A stretch of 64,000 bases of DNA from Minisyncoccia bacterium (lineage in GTDB: Bacteria > Patescibacteriota > Minisyncoccia > Phycocordibacterales > UBA9973): positions 1,533 to 65,532 of the forward strand of contig JBGSSJ010000014.1 of the NCBI GenBank assembly GCA_041737125.1, written 5' to 3'. Numbering within the stretch: the first letter of the stretch is position 1; every line of letters begins with the position of its first letter. The translations under genes and the position numbers were made by a program. This document shows positions 10,074-20,070 of the stretch, in pieces. Below the pieces are notes generated by a model that was not told the DNA's origin, made no database searches, and saw only the letters and a program-made list of their open reading frames with translations.

Positions 10074-11667
10074 AGTAAAAGTTCCACCACCTACATTCTG
10101 CCCAGAGTGTCGTAGGCAGAGAAGGCTGACATGGAGAACTGAGTTTAATTTTTATAACCGTAAATGTGATATGTGCGAGAGGGACATAATCTCTTCTTAT
10201 CCTGCTCGTTCTACACTTAAGGTGTATTGTAATAAATGTTGGTGGAGTGACAATTGGGATCCAAAATCCTATGAGAGAGATATAGACTGGGGGAAAAGCT
10301 TCTTTGATCAATTGCAGGAATTACGAGAATCTGTACCAGTACTCTCACTAATAAATGACAATAATGTAGGAAGTATAAACTGTGAGTACACTCAGAACTT
10401 TGTCCTAAGTAAGAATTGCTATATGTGTATGGTGGCTTGGCATTGGGATGACTGTATGTATTCTTGTTATGGAGCAGATGCTAGAAATTGTGTAGATTGT
10501 ATGGGGTTATTTGGCTCATGCGAGAATTGCTATGAGAGTATTTTTATTGAAAAGTGTTATGGATGTAAGTTTGTCTACCAAAGTACTTCTATGGTAAATT
10601 CTAGTTTCTGTTTTGATTGTAGGAATTGTGATGATTGTTTTATGTGCACAGGACTTAGGAATAAAAAGTTCTATTTTAAAAACAAAAAATATTCTGAAGA
10701 AGAATATAAAGAGATAGTTAGTAATTATGCTATTCATACTTATACAGGACAACAAAAGGCTATAGAAGAATTTCGTAAATTTAAATTGGAAAATATCCAC
10801 CCATATGCATTCTTGAAAAATTGTACATCTTGTACTGGTGGTTATCTTTTCAACTCAAAAAATTCTCAAAATAGTTATAATGCAAGGAACTTAGAAGACT
10901 GTTATTGTGTGGACACCGGCGATACAATGAAAGAATGTCGCGACATTTCTGTGGGTGGGGAAGCGGAGTTGTGCTATGAAGGTGTGACGCCTGATAATTC
11001 TCATGATACTGCATTTACTAATTATACCTGGAAGAGTAGTAGTTGCTATTATTGTGATTTCTGCCAATCTTGTAATGATTGTTTTGGTTGTGTATCTTTG
11101 AAAAAAGGAGAATACTGTATTTTGAACAAACAGTACTCAAAGGCTGAATATTTAGAAATAAAAAATAAATTAATTGAGCATATGAAATCAAATGGAGAGT
11201 GGGGTGAATTTTTTAGAGCCCGAGATTCTTTCTTTGGTTATAATGAAACTATAGCGAACTTCCACTTTCCACTATCAAAGGAACAAGCACTCCGGGAAGG
11301 TTATAAATGGCAAGATAGTTTACAAATTACAACCGGGAAAGAAACATTGGATATAAGTGCCATAGAGGATGATATTAATAATATAAGCGATTCCATAATT
11401 AATGAGACTATCGCTTGCACTTCTTGCTCAAGGAACTACCGTATTACTGAAAATGAGCTTCTTTTTTATCGCAAAATGAATATACCTTTACCCAGGAATT
11501 GCTTTTTCTGTAGGTTAAATAATAGATTTAATTTCCGTAATCCTTCCAAGCTCTGGCACCGCTCATGCATGAAAGAAGGTTGTAATAATGAATTCGAGAC
11601 AAGCTACGCACCAGAAAGGCCGGAGATAGTTTATTGCGAGAAATGTTATCAACAAGAAGTGATATAA
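9988..11667 (+). CDS. Cys-rich hypothetical protein, paralog 3 of 4
   Basis: Same architecture; N-terminus identical to paralog 4. Confidence 0.9.
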   Translation: MEHKEENKICQNCKNSFTIEPDDFSFYEKVKVPPPTFCPECRRQRRLTWRTEFNFYNRKCDMCERDIISSYPARSTLKVYCNKCWWSDNWDPKSYERDIDWGKSFFDQLQELRESVPVLSLINDNNVGSINCEYTQNFVLSKNCYMCMVAWHWDDCMYSCYGADARNCVDCMGLFGSCENCYESIFIEKCYGCKFVYQSTSMVNSSFCFDCRNCDDCFMCTGLRNKKFYFKNKKYSEEEYKEIVSNYAIHTYTGQQKAIEEFRKFKLENIHPYAFLKNCTSCTGGYLFNSKNSQNSYNARNLEDCYCVDTGDTMKECRDISVGGEAELCYEGVTPDNSHDTAFTNYTWKSSSCYYCDFCQSCNDCFGCVSLKKGEYCILNKQYSKAEYLEIKNKLIEHMKSNGEWGEFFRARDSFFGYNETIANFHFPLSKEQALREGYKWQDSLQITTGKETLDISAIEDDINNISDSIINETIACTSCSRNYRITENELLFYRKMNIPLPRNCFFCRLNNRFNFRNPSKLWHRSCMKEGCNNEFETSYAPERPEIVYCEKCYQQEVI

Positions 11668-11799
11668 AACAATTAAAAATTACTAATTACTAATTACTAA
11701 TTACTAATTACGAATGGAACACAAAGAAGAAAATAAAATATGTCAAAATTGTAAAAACTCATTCACAATAGAACCAGATGACTTTTCTTTCTATGAGAA
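11647..11799 (+). repeat. Junction direct repeat, copy 2 (spacer with 5 heptamers)
   Basis: Identical to 9935-10073 plus two extra ATTACTA units. Confidence 0.9.
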
Positions 11800-13414
11800 G
11801 ATAAAAGTTCCACCGCCTACTTTTTGCCCGGAGTGTAGGAGGCATAGAAGATTCGGCTGGAGGAATTATGTGAATTACTACAAACGAACTTGTGGACTTA
11901 GTGGTGAGTCTCTTATATCACTATACAGTGAAGATTCTGGCATTACCGTCTACTCTCCGAAAGCTTGGCATTCGGATAAATGGGACGCACTTGATTACGG
12001 ACAGGAGTACGATTTCTCTAAATCATTTTTTGAACAATATACACGCTTACTCTATGCTGTGCCCAAGCCAGCTATGGATACTGACGATGGATTACTAAGC
12101 ACGAATTGTATGTATACCAATGACTTTGCTATGGGGAAAGACTGTTACCTGGTGGTGAAAGCTTGGAAGCTTGAGAATGTAATGTATTCATTCTATGTGG
12201 TGAACAGTCGCGACTTGGTAGATGTGCATACTAGCTTTGGTAAGGATGAAGGTAACTATGAGACGGTTAACACAGAGCATTGTTACCAATGTAAATATGT
12301 ATATGATTCTAGGAGTTGCTCGGATTCCAGCTTCTGTTTTGACTGTAGGAATTGTGACCACACCTTTATGTGCACAGGGCTTCGTGGGAAGTCATACTAT
12401 TTTAAGAATGAGGAAGTAGGTAAAGAGAAGTATGAAGAGATTATGAAAGAATATGCACTTCATACTTACTTGGGAGTAGAGAAAGCTAAGAAAGAATTCG
12501 AACCGATGATGTTTAATCATCCCAGGAAAGCAGTTCGAATACTAAATTCTGTTGATTGTTCTGGTGACCTATTAACTAATTGTCATAATTGCAAGAATTG
12601 TTTTCTAATGCTAGATAGTGAGAATTGTCGATATGATAATTATGCTGATGGAGCTCGCGATTCGTATGATACCGATGCCGGAGGAGGATCTGAGCTTGCT
12701 TATGAGTCTGACCTGCCTGCATTCTCTGCGAATATTGTTGGTAGTTATTCTGCTTGGTATTGCCAGGACGTAAGCTATGTGAGTCATATGTATAGGAGTA
12801 AAGACTGCTTCGGGTGTGATGGATTGAAGAATGCACAATACTCTATACTCAATAAGCAATATACGAAAGAAGAATATTTCAATATGCTAGAGAAGATAAA
12901 GAAGCACATGGACGACATGCCTTATATAGATAAGATGGGGAATATGTATAAGTACGGTGACTATTTACCATTGGAATTATCATACTTCCCTTACAAAGAC
13001 ACAGAAGCGATGGAGCTATATCCGCTTGATGATAATGCCTTACTTACGAGGGGATATAAAGAGAAGAAAATAAATGAGAACTCACAAATAATGGAGACAA
13101 TAAAAGCAGAAGACTTGCCAGACTCTATTGATGATGTGTCTGATGATATATTAAGTGAGATAATTCTATCAAAAGGAGGAGAGAAGAAATATAAAATAAC
13201 AGAGCAAGAATTAAATTTCTATCGGAAGTATAGAATTCCACTACCTCGTGAATCTTTTTTCGAAAGGCATGTCCGTAGGCATAAAATGGCAAGTTCATTT
13301 AGGTTATATGAACGAGTAAGTGATAAGTCAGGTGAAGTTGTTCAAAGTTCTTATCCAATAGAAGCAAAGGAAACAGTGTGGAGTGTAGAGGAATATAGAA
13401 AAGAGTTTGAATAG
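11714..13414 (+). CDS. Cys-rich hypothetical protein, paralog 4 of 4
   Basis: Same architecture, but C-terminal CxxC pairs are lost (ends VWSVEEYRKEFE). Confidence 0.9.
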   Translation: MEHKEENKICQNCKNSFTIEPDDFSFYEKIKVPPPTFCPECRRHRRFGWRNYVNYYKRTCGLSGESLISLYSEDSGITVYSPKAWHSDKWDALDYGQEYDFSKSFFEQYTRLLYAVPKPAMDTDDGLLSTNCMYTNDFAMGKDCYLVVKAWKLENVMYSFYVVNSRDLVDVHTSFGKDEGNYETVNTEHCYQCKYVYDSRSCSDSSFCFDCRNCDHTFMCTGLRGKSYYFKNEEVGKEKYEEIMKEYALHTYLGVEKAKKEFEPMMFNHPRKAVRILNSVDCSGDLLTNCHNCKNCFLMLDSENCRYDNYADGARDSYDTDAGGGSELAYESDLPAFSANIVGSYSAWYCQDVSYVSHMYRSKDCFGCDGLKNAQYSILNKQYTKEEYFNMLEKIKKHMDDMPYIDKMGNMYKYGDYLPLELSYFPYKDTEAMELYPLDDNALLTRGYKEKKINENSQIMETIKAEDLPDSIDDVSDDILSEIILSKGGEKKYKITEQELNFYRKYRIPLPRESFFERHVRRHKMASSFRLYERVSDKSGEVVQSSYPIEAKETVWSVEEYRKEFE

Positions 13415-13458
13415 CTTTATGTTGCACAATAGTGCTTATTCCGCTAGTATAATCTTAT

Positions 13459-14226
13459 ATGGCTGTGATTATAAAAACTAAAGAAGAGATAGATATACTT
13501 CGCGTTGGGGGCAAGAGATTGGCCTCTATTTTGGCGAAAGTGGCTAAAAAGGTTGCCCCAGGGGTGACTACCAAAGAGCTTGATCTATATGCCTACACAC
13601 TCATAAAAGAAATGGGGGATGAGCCAGCATTCCTAAACTATAAGCCAGAGGGCCAATCGAAGGCTTTCCCGGCCTCTCTTTGTACATCTGTAAATAATGA
13701 AATAGTTCATGGCATACCAGGCGATGAGAAAGTTCTAAAAGAGGGGGATATTATAGCCATAGACTTGGGGCTCAAGCATAAAGGACTTTTTACAGATCAT
13801 GCTATCACTGTGCCTGTCGGCAAAGTGCCAAAGGCATCACAAGTACTGATGCAAAAGACTAAAGAAGCGCTCTGTGTAGGAATAGAACAAGCAAAAGCGG
13901 GTAATACAGTTGGGGACATAGGCTATGCTATAGAGAAATTCGTCGGTGGGAAGTATGGCATAGTCCGCGAACTTTCAGGTCATGGAGTCGGGAAGAAGAT
14001 TCACGAAGATCCATATATTCCTAACTATGGAAAGCGCGGCAAAGGCCAGAAGTTGATCCCGGGTATGGTTGTGGCTATTGAACCAATGCTTAATATCGGT
14101 AAAGCCTCTATCTTAACTACGTCTGATGGATATACGATAAAGACAGCAGATGGTACGCGCTCAGCGCACTTTGAGCACACTGTTCTCATAACAGAAGGCG
14201 AACCAGAGATTCTAACTACAATATAA
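13459..14226 (+). CDS. map: Methionine aminopeptidase type I
   Basis: SVNNEIVHGIP, GHGVG..IHEDP, AIEPM, SAHFEHT. Confidence 0.98.
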   Translation: MAVIIKTKEEIDILRVGGKRLASILAKVAKKVAPGVTTKELDLYAYTLIKEMGDEPAFLNYKPEGQSKAFPASLCTSVNNEIVHGIPGDEKVLKEGDIIAIDLGLKHKGLFTDHAITVPVGKVPKASQVLMQKTKEALCVGIEQAKAGNTVGDIGYAIEKFVGGKYGIVRELSGHGVGKKIHEDPYIPNYGKRGKGQKLIPGMVVAIEPMLNIGKASILTTSDGYTIKTADGTRSAHFEHTVLITEGEPEILTTI

Positions 14227-14282
14227 GATTGCTTCAAATTATATAATAAAAAATGGCACGCAAATTTTGAAGCTTAAAATTT

Positions 14283-14385
14283 AGAAAAGCGAGTTACTGT
14301 AAATTTTATTCGTTTATCCCTACTCAGACTGCGTCTGAGCGCGCGCCCACACCTACTCATAAAATTTACAATAACTCGCCTTTCT
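14283..14385. repeat. Intergenic palindromic element with 27-bp arms and an inner hairpin
   Basis: Arms 14283-14309 and 14359-14385 match at 25/27; inner CTCAGAC-TGC-GTCTGAG at 14323-14339. Confidence 0.75.
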
Positions 14386-14413
14386 TTGCATTCTGTATGA
14401 TATAATAATTGGA

Positions 14414-17140
14414 ATGGAAGGATTAAATCTAAACAATGCACAGAAATTTAAAACTCCCCAAGAAGAGCTTGAGTTTCTTCGTGCGCATATAGCAGAGAAA
14501 GAGAGAGCCCTCATAGACCAAGGGCAGGAATATTCACGTGAGAACTTGGCTCATGATGTTATTTCTGAATACAAGAAATACGAACCTGAAGATGTCATGC
14601 ACAAAAGTGTGACCATACCACAGCCTGATGTAGAGAATTTCGTTCTACGGCTCCATCCAGAAACTCACGATAATAAAATGGAAGAAATGCTCGGTATATT
14701 ACTTTCGAAAGGCATATCAAGCGCACTATCTATAGTAGGCAAAATGCACAACCCGCACCTAGACGATGATTTCCATAGATTTCTAGTTCAATACCTATAC
14801 AGCACTCACAAAATTCCAGGACTCAAAGAGGGTACTCCACTATTCAAATCTCTCGATATGAAATTATTCGAGATAACACTTCCTGATCCTACAGATGACG
14901 AGAAAGATAAGAAAGGTTTAAAGGAATTACTTTCCGCCATGGAGCAATTCTATGCTGGTATGCATTCTGTCGGTGAAGGCAGACAGAATTTTAATCGTAA
15001 TCACTTCACTCTCGAGATCGCTCTGTCTGAGAACAGTGATCATTTCATATTCTACACAGCAGTACCGTCAAATAAAGCAGATTTATTCGAGAAGCAATTA
15101 CTGGGAGTTCACCCCAATGCCAAGATAATGGAAGCCCCAGATGATTACAATATTTTCGCTGATGGTTCTGCTATTGCTGGCTCATATGCCAAGCTTGCTC
15201 ATAATGAAGTCTTCCCGATCAAGACATACGATACCATAGAGCATGATCCTCTAAATATAATATTGAATGTCTTCACGAAGTTAAAAAAGTCTGGTGAGGG
15301 TGCTTCTGTGCAGTTCACAATTTGTCCGGAAGATGATGACATAATAAAAAAGTTCCATATAATGCTTGGTGATGTGAAGGAAGGCATGTCTGTAAAAACG
15401 GCTGGAAGCCTCACTCGTCAATTCGGTAAAGAAATAGAAAATATAGCAGGAGAATTATTCTTCGGTTCTTCAAAGACTAAAGAGAAGAAAGTAAATGATG
15501 AAGCCGTAGAGAAGATAACAGAGAAGATAAAGAGCACTATCATGGCTTGTAATATACGCATTGTCGCATCTGCTGAAGATTCTAATCGTGCCAAGCAAAT
15601 CCTCTCTGATCTTGAATCATCCTTCAATCAGTTCACTGAAGCCAATAGGAATGGATTTGATTTTAAGCATGTATCAGGGGCAGATTTAGATAAACTTATA
15701 CATGAGTTCTCCTACCGCACTTTCTCACAAGATTACTCCATGCCACTCAATCTCAAAGAGCTTGCTACTATATTCCACTTCCCACATGGCATAGGTTCAT
15801 CTCCACAGCTTAAGCAAGCTCGTGCTGGTATTGCTCCTGCACCTATGGAAATGGGGGTAGAAGGGACCATACTCGGTGTTAATAGTTATCGAGGTAAAGA
15901 TACAGAGATACATTTTGCTCCGGAGGATCGTATGAGACATATGTATGTTATCGGTCAGACAGGTACAGGTAAGACTACAATTATGAAGAACATGATAGCT
16001 CAAGACATAAAGGCAGGCCACGGCGTATGCTATATCGACCCACACGGCACAGATATCCAAGACATACTAAGTTACATTCCGAAAGAGCGTATTGATGATG
16101 TGATTTATTTCGATCCTGCTTATACTCCTCGCCCTATGGGGCTCAACATGCTTGAATATGATCCGAAGTATCCAGAACAGAAGACTTTCGTTGTGAATGA
16201 GCTTATGAACATATTCAACAAACTTTTCGACATGAAGACCTCTGGAGGTCCGATGTTCGAACAGTATTTCAAGAACTCAGCATTCCTGGTGATGGAGCAC
16301 CCTGAGACTGGGTCCACTTTGCTTGAGATTGGACGCGTGCTTGCCGATAAAGAATTCCGTGACATGAAGCTCTCTCACTGTAAGAACCCCATTATTACTC
16401 AATTCTGGAAGAGTGCAGAGCAGACAACAGGTGATCAATCTATTGCGAACTTCGTGCCATATATTACTTCCAAGTTCGACAACTTCATCTCGAACGATAT
16501 CATGCGCCCGGTTGTGCTCCAGCAGAATTCTGTTTTCAATTTCAGAGAGATTATGGATAATAAGAAGATATTACTTGTGAACCTTGCCAAAGGTCGCCTT
16601 GGTGATATAAATGCGAACCTCATAGGTCTCTTAATAGTGAACAAGATTCAGATGGCTGCACTTTCTCGTGTGGATATGTATGGCAAGAAGATGGAAGACT
16701 TCTTCCTCTATATAGACGAATTCCAGAATGTGACCACTGACTCTATCGAGTCCATACTATCCGAGGCACGTAAGTACCGCCTGTCACTCACTGTAGCCCA
16801 CCAGTACATATCACAGCTTGAAGATAATATAAAGAATGCAGTATTTGGTAACGTCGGCTCTATGGCAGTGTTCCGTGTCGGTGCTGAAGATGCGCAATTC
16901 CTTGAAAGTAAATACAAACCAGTTTTCAGTGCAGCAGACATTATGAAGATTGATAACTATAATGCTTATGTGTCTATGCTTATCAAAGGCCAGCCTACGA
17001 AACCTTTCAATATGGCAACACTACGACCACCAACAGGAAATATGGAAATAGTAGAGAAGATTAAAGAGCTTTCATATCTGAAGTTCGGCCGCGAGCGCTC
17101 CGAAGTAGAAGAAGAAATAATGGATAAATATAGGCAGTAA
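14414..17140 (+). CDS. VirB4/TraG/HerA-like P-loop ATPase (T4SS DNA-binding-domain type)
   Basis: RHMYVIGQTGTGKT Walker A, YIDPHG, LYIDEFQN Walker B, SEARKYRL...AHQY. Confidence 0.85.
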   Translation: MEGLNLNNAQKFKTPQEELEFLRAHIAEKERALIDQGQEYSRENLAHDVISEYKKYEPEDVMHKSVTIPQPDVENFVLRLHPETHDNKMEEMLGILLSKGISSALSIVGKMHNPHLDDDFHRFLVQYLYSTHKIPGLKEGTPLFKSLDMKLFEITLPDPTDDEKDKKGLKELLSAMEQFYAGMHSVGEGRQNFNRNHFTLEIALSENSDHFIFYTAVPSNKADLFEKQLLGVHPNAKIMEAPDDYNIFADGSAIAGSYAKLAHNEVFPIKTYDTIEHDPLNIILNVFTKLKKSGEGASVQFTICPEDDDIIKKFHIMLGDVKEGMSVKTAGSLTRQFGKEIENIAGELFFGSSKTKEKKVNDEAVEKITEKIKSTIMACNIRIVASAEDSNRAKQILSDLESSFNQFTEANRNGFDFKHVSGADLDKLIHEFSYRTFSQDYSMPLNLKELATIFHFPHGIGSSPQLKQARAGIAPAPMEMGVEGTILGVNSYRGKDTEIHFAPEDRMRHMYVIGQTGTGKTTIMKNMIAQDIKAGHGVCYIDPHGTDIQDILSYIPKERIDDVIYFDPAYTPRPMGLNMLEYDPKYPEQKTFVVNELMNIFNKLFDMKTSGGPMFEQYFKNSAFLVMEHPETGSTLLEIGRVLADKEFRDMKLSHCKNPIITQFWKSAEQTTGDQSIANFVPYITSKFDNFISNDIMRPVVLQQNSVFNFREIMDNKKILLVNLAKGRLGDINANLIGLLIVNKIQMAALSRVDMYGKKMEDFFLYIDEFQNVTTDSIESILSEARKYRLSLTVAHQYISQLEDNIKNAVFGNVGSMAVFRVGAEDAQFLESKYKPVFSAADIMKIDNYNAYVSMLIKGQPTKPFNMATLRPPTGNMEIVEKIKELSYLKFGRERSEVEEEIMDKYRQ

Positions 17141-17210
17141 TATGGCCATTGCTGTGTAAGCATTTTTCTGCTATTATAACCTTATTATTTAATAACATTT
17201 TAAAGATAAA

Positions 17211-17684
17211 ATGAACCCAACACATGAGAAGTCATTGATAATTATCAAACCAGATGCAGTACAACGCAATCTTATTGGTGAAATCATAAGTAGAGTAGAA
17301 AGAAAAGGATTAAAGATTATAGGAATGAAGATGATGAGCATAGAAGATGCTCTTCTAGAAGAACACTATGCTCACATCAAAGACAAACCATTTTTCCCTG
17401 GTATTCGGGATTTCATGAAGTCATGTCCTGTTATAGTTCTTGCTGTTGAGGGTATTAATGCTATTTCAGCACTTAGATTACTTGTAGGACCTACTAAAGC
17501 TTGGGAAGCTGATGCGGGTACTATACGTGGAGATTTCTCATTATCTACTCAGTCAAACATAGTCCATGCTTCTGATTCTATAGAAAATGGAGAAATAGAA
17601 GTTAAAAGATTCTTTAATTCTGAAGAAATATTCTCTTATCAGAAAATCGATACAGATTTTATTTACGCCGAACACAAGAAATAA
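17211..17684 (+). CDS. ndk: Nucleoside diphosphate kinase
   Basis: IIKPDAVQR, GTIRGDF, NIVHASDS. Confidence 0.98.
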   Translation: MNPTHEKSLIIIKPDAVQRNLIGEIISRVERKGLKIIGMKMMSIEDALLEEHYAHIKDKPFFPGIRDFMKSCPVIVLAVEGINAISALRLLVGPTKAWEADAGTIRGDFSLSTQSNIVHASDSIENGEIEVKRFFNSEEIFSYQKIDTDFIYAEHKK

Positions 17685-17686
17685 AA

Positions 17687-17712
17687 ATAAAATCCCCGAA
17701 AGGGGATTTTAT
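17687..17712 (+). terminator. Intrinsic terminator after ndk
   Basis: ATAAAATCCCC-GAAA-GGGGATTTTAT. Confidence 0.75.
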
Positions 17713-17726
17713 GATAATATAGCCAT

Positions 17727-18365
17727 ATGCGGAAAATTACTGACATATACAAAGAATATAAGATAATGCCGAATTTAGCATTGCATCAGCTACGCGTAGC
17801 GGCTGTAGCTAGGCAAATTTGTGATAGCCTCGATATAAACGTAGATAAAGAGTCGGTTATTGTGGCTTGCCTCCTACATGATATGGGCAATATTATTAAA
17901 TCTAAGTTAGATTATTTTCCTGAATTTGTAGAACCCAAAGGCTTACCGTATTGGAAAAATGTTCAAGATGAGTATATTAATAAATATGGTAGAGATGAAG
18001 ATGAAGCTACGGTTAAAATAGCAAAAGAAATAGGCTTATCTGATGAGAAAGTTTTATTTATTCATGAAATTGTAGCTCATTTAATTAAAGATGATCCGAA
18101 AACAGTGAATGCAGATATTGCTTCTCTTATATGCAAGTACTCCGATATGCGTGTTGGACCAAAGAATATTATGCCATTACGTCAGAGACTAGAGGAATGG
18201 CAAAAAAGAGATAGTAGAATTAGTATAGAATACATGGAAATGACCTTTAGCATTTTTAATAAAGTAGAAAATAAAATTTTTGCACACTCAAATATCAAAC
18301 CGGAAGATATAAATGACGAATCGGTGAAAGATATTATCGAAGAATTGAAAAATTTTGAAATTTAA
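17727..18365 (+). CDS. HD-domain protein
   Basis: H...(LHQLRVA), ACLLHDMG and YSD motifs. Confidence 0.75.
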   Translation: MRKITDIYKEYKIMPNLALHQLRVAAVARQICDSLDINVDKESVIVACLLHDMGNIIKSKLDYFPEFVEPKGLPYWKNVQDEYINKYGRDEDEATVKIAKEIGLSDEKVLFIHEIVAHLIKDDPKTVNADIASLICKYSDMRVGPKNIMPLRQRLEEWQKRDSRISIEYMEMTFSIFNKVENKIFAHSNIKPEDINDESVKDIIEELKNFEI

Positions 18366-18451
18366 ACTCTAAATACAACTTGAAATGATGTCAAAAGTGT
18401 GTTCGTTTGTAAAAAAACTTGCACACTTCGCTGTGTTAAGTATAATTTAAG

Positions 18452-18602
18452 TAGGGTTATTTGATTTGTATTACCTAGATCATATTTTATAGGGGAGAGA
18501 GTGTTTTGATATAGTGCTGTAACGTTATTAATGTGAACAAATCTATATCATCCCCAATCCCACTTAGCTTAACGCTACGGTAATATCCTTCAGATAGTCC
18601 TA
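18452..18602 (+). ncRNA. ssrS: Probable 6S RNA
   Basis: Rod structure: TAGGGTTATTTGA pairs with TCAGATAGTCCTA, TATTACCTAG with CTACGGTAATA, central bubble, then TGATATAG with CTATATCA; upstream TTGCAC-N16-TATAAT; downstream hairpin plus T-run. Confidence 0.6.
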
Positions 18603-18675
18603 ATAAGAGATTCTTCTACTAAAATGGAAGGATTTTTTATTTTCACAATATAAAAAATGATTTTTTCAGTATATA

Positions 18676-20064
18676 ATGTATAATAAGGAACATATGACAA
18701 ATGATACAAATCTAAAGGTTACGTTCTGTTCGGGTGCGGGGACTGTGACGGGTTCAAATTTTTTATTAGAAGGCAATGACAAGAAGTTTTTAATTGATTG
18801 TGGGCTTATCCAAGGAGAGAAATTGGCTGAAGATACGAACTGGGATCCATTCCCATACGATGTGCCTTCTATAGATATACTTTTTATTACTCATGGACAT
18901 ATAGACCACATAGGTCGCATACCGAAGCTTATAAGTGAAGGCTTCCAAGGGAAGATTATATCTACTATTCCCACTAAAGAGATTACAGAAGTAATGCTTG
19001 CCGACACTGCGCACATACTTTCTCGTGAGAAAGAGCTCGGCCTCGATAAAATTTATACAGAAGAGAATATTAAGAAAGCTCTCCACATGTGGGAGACTCT
19101 CGAATACCATCAAGTTCTAAATGTAGATCATGGTTTCCAATTTTCTTTTAAAGACGCAGGACATATTCTAGGCTCTGGAATGCTTGAGATTGTTTATAAT
19201 GGGAAGAAAGTAGTCTTCACTGGCGACCTTGGCAATTCACCTTCACCACTTCTTCCAAACACAGAGATAGTTACCGATGCAGATTATCTAATCATGGAGT
19301 CTGTGTATGGTGATCGTAATCATGAACACAGAGATATAAGAAAGGAAAGGTTAGAAGAGGTCATTAAGGCCAATTATGATCGTAAGGGTACACTCATGAT
19401 ACCGACATTCTCACTCGAGCGTACTCAAGAGCTACTTTATGAATTAGATTCACTAGTAGAGAATAATAAAATACCAAAGATGCCCATCTTCCTCGACTCA
19501 CCACTAGCCATAAAGCTTACTGATGTGTATCTAAAGTATGAAAAATATTTTAATGAAACTGCCAAGAAGATCATAGCCACAGGGAATAGACTATTCGAAT
19601 TCGAAGGCCTAAAGGAGACTCCAGATACAGACCAATCAAAAGGTATCCTCACTGCCCCAAATCCAAAGATTGTTATAGCAGGTAGTGGTATGTCGAACGG
19701 TGGTCGTATTATTCACCACGAGAAGAATTACTTACCAGATAAGAATAATACTATACTCCTAACTGGTTATCAGTCTGTAGGTACTCTAGGGCGCTCCATA
19801 CAAGAGGGTATAAAGTCCATACATATACAAGGCGAAGAAATACCTCTTCGTGCTCATGTAGAGATGGTCAGTGGCTATTCAGGGCATAAAGACTCTGATC
19901 ACTTACTTGAGTTCGTTAGCTACACTGCAGAGAAAGTAAAGAAAGTGTTCGTAGTTATGGGAGAGCCCAAGTCTTCACTTTACCTCGCACAGAAATTACG
20001 CGATAATCTAGATATAGAAGTACATACCCCTGAAGCAGGAGAATCAATTATCCTTAAGTGTTAA
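18676..20064 (+). CDS. MBL-fold beta-CASP ribonuclease family protein
   Basis: THGHIDHIG, AGHILGS, FTGDLG, MESVYG, YSGHKD; start could be 18694. Confidence 0.92.
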   Translation: MYNKEHMTNDTNLKVTFCSGAGTVTGSNFLLEGNDKKFLIDCGLIQGEKLAEDTNWDPFPYDVPSIDILFITHGHIDHIGRIPKLISEGFQGKIISTIPTKEITEVMLADTAHILSREKELGLDKIYTEENIKKALHMWETLEYHQVLNVDHGFQFSFKDAGHILGSGMLEIVYNGKKVVFTGDLGNSPSPLLPNTEIVTDADYLIMESVYGDRNHEHRDIRKERLEEVIKANYDRKGTLMIPTFSLERTQELLYELDSLVENNKIPKMPIFLDSPLAIKLTDVYLKYEKYFNETAKKIIATGNRLFEFEGLKETPDTDQSKGILTAPNPKIVIAGSGMSNGGRIIHHEKNYLPDKNNTILLTGYQSVGTLGRSIQEGIKSIHIQGEEIPLRAHVEMVSGYSGHKDSDHLLEFVSYTAEKVKKVFVVMGEPKSSLYLAQKLRDNLDIEVHTPEAGESIILKC

Positions 20065-20070
20065 ATTTTT

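Noticed and set aside
9956-11713. Junction repeats as a CRISPR array or a DGR template/variable repeat pair
   Set aside because: Only two copies 1.7 kb apart, no spacers, no cas or RT gene, and no adenine-specific mismatches
14414-17140. VirB4-like ATPase as a conjugative element
   Set aside because: No relaxase, mating-pair genes or integrase nearby; such ATPases are common stand-alone genes in CPR
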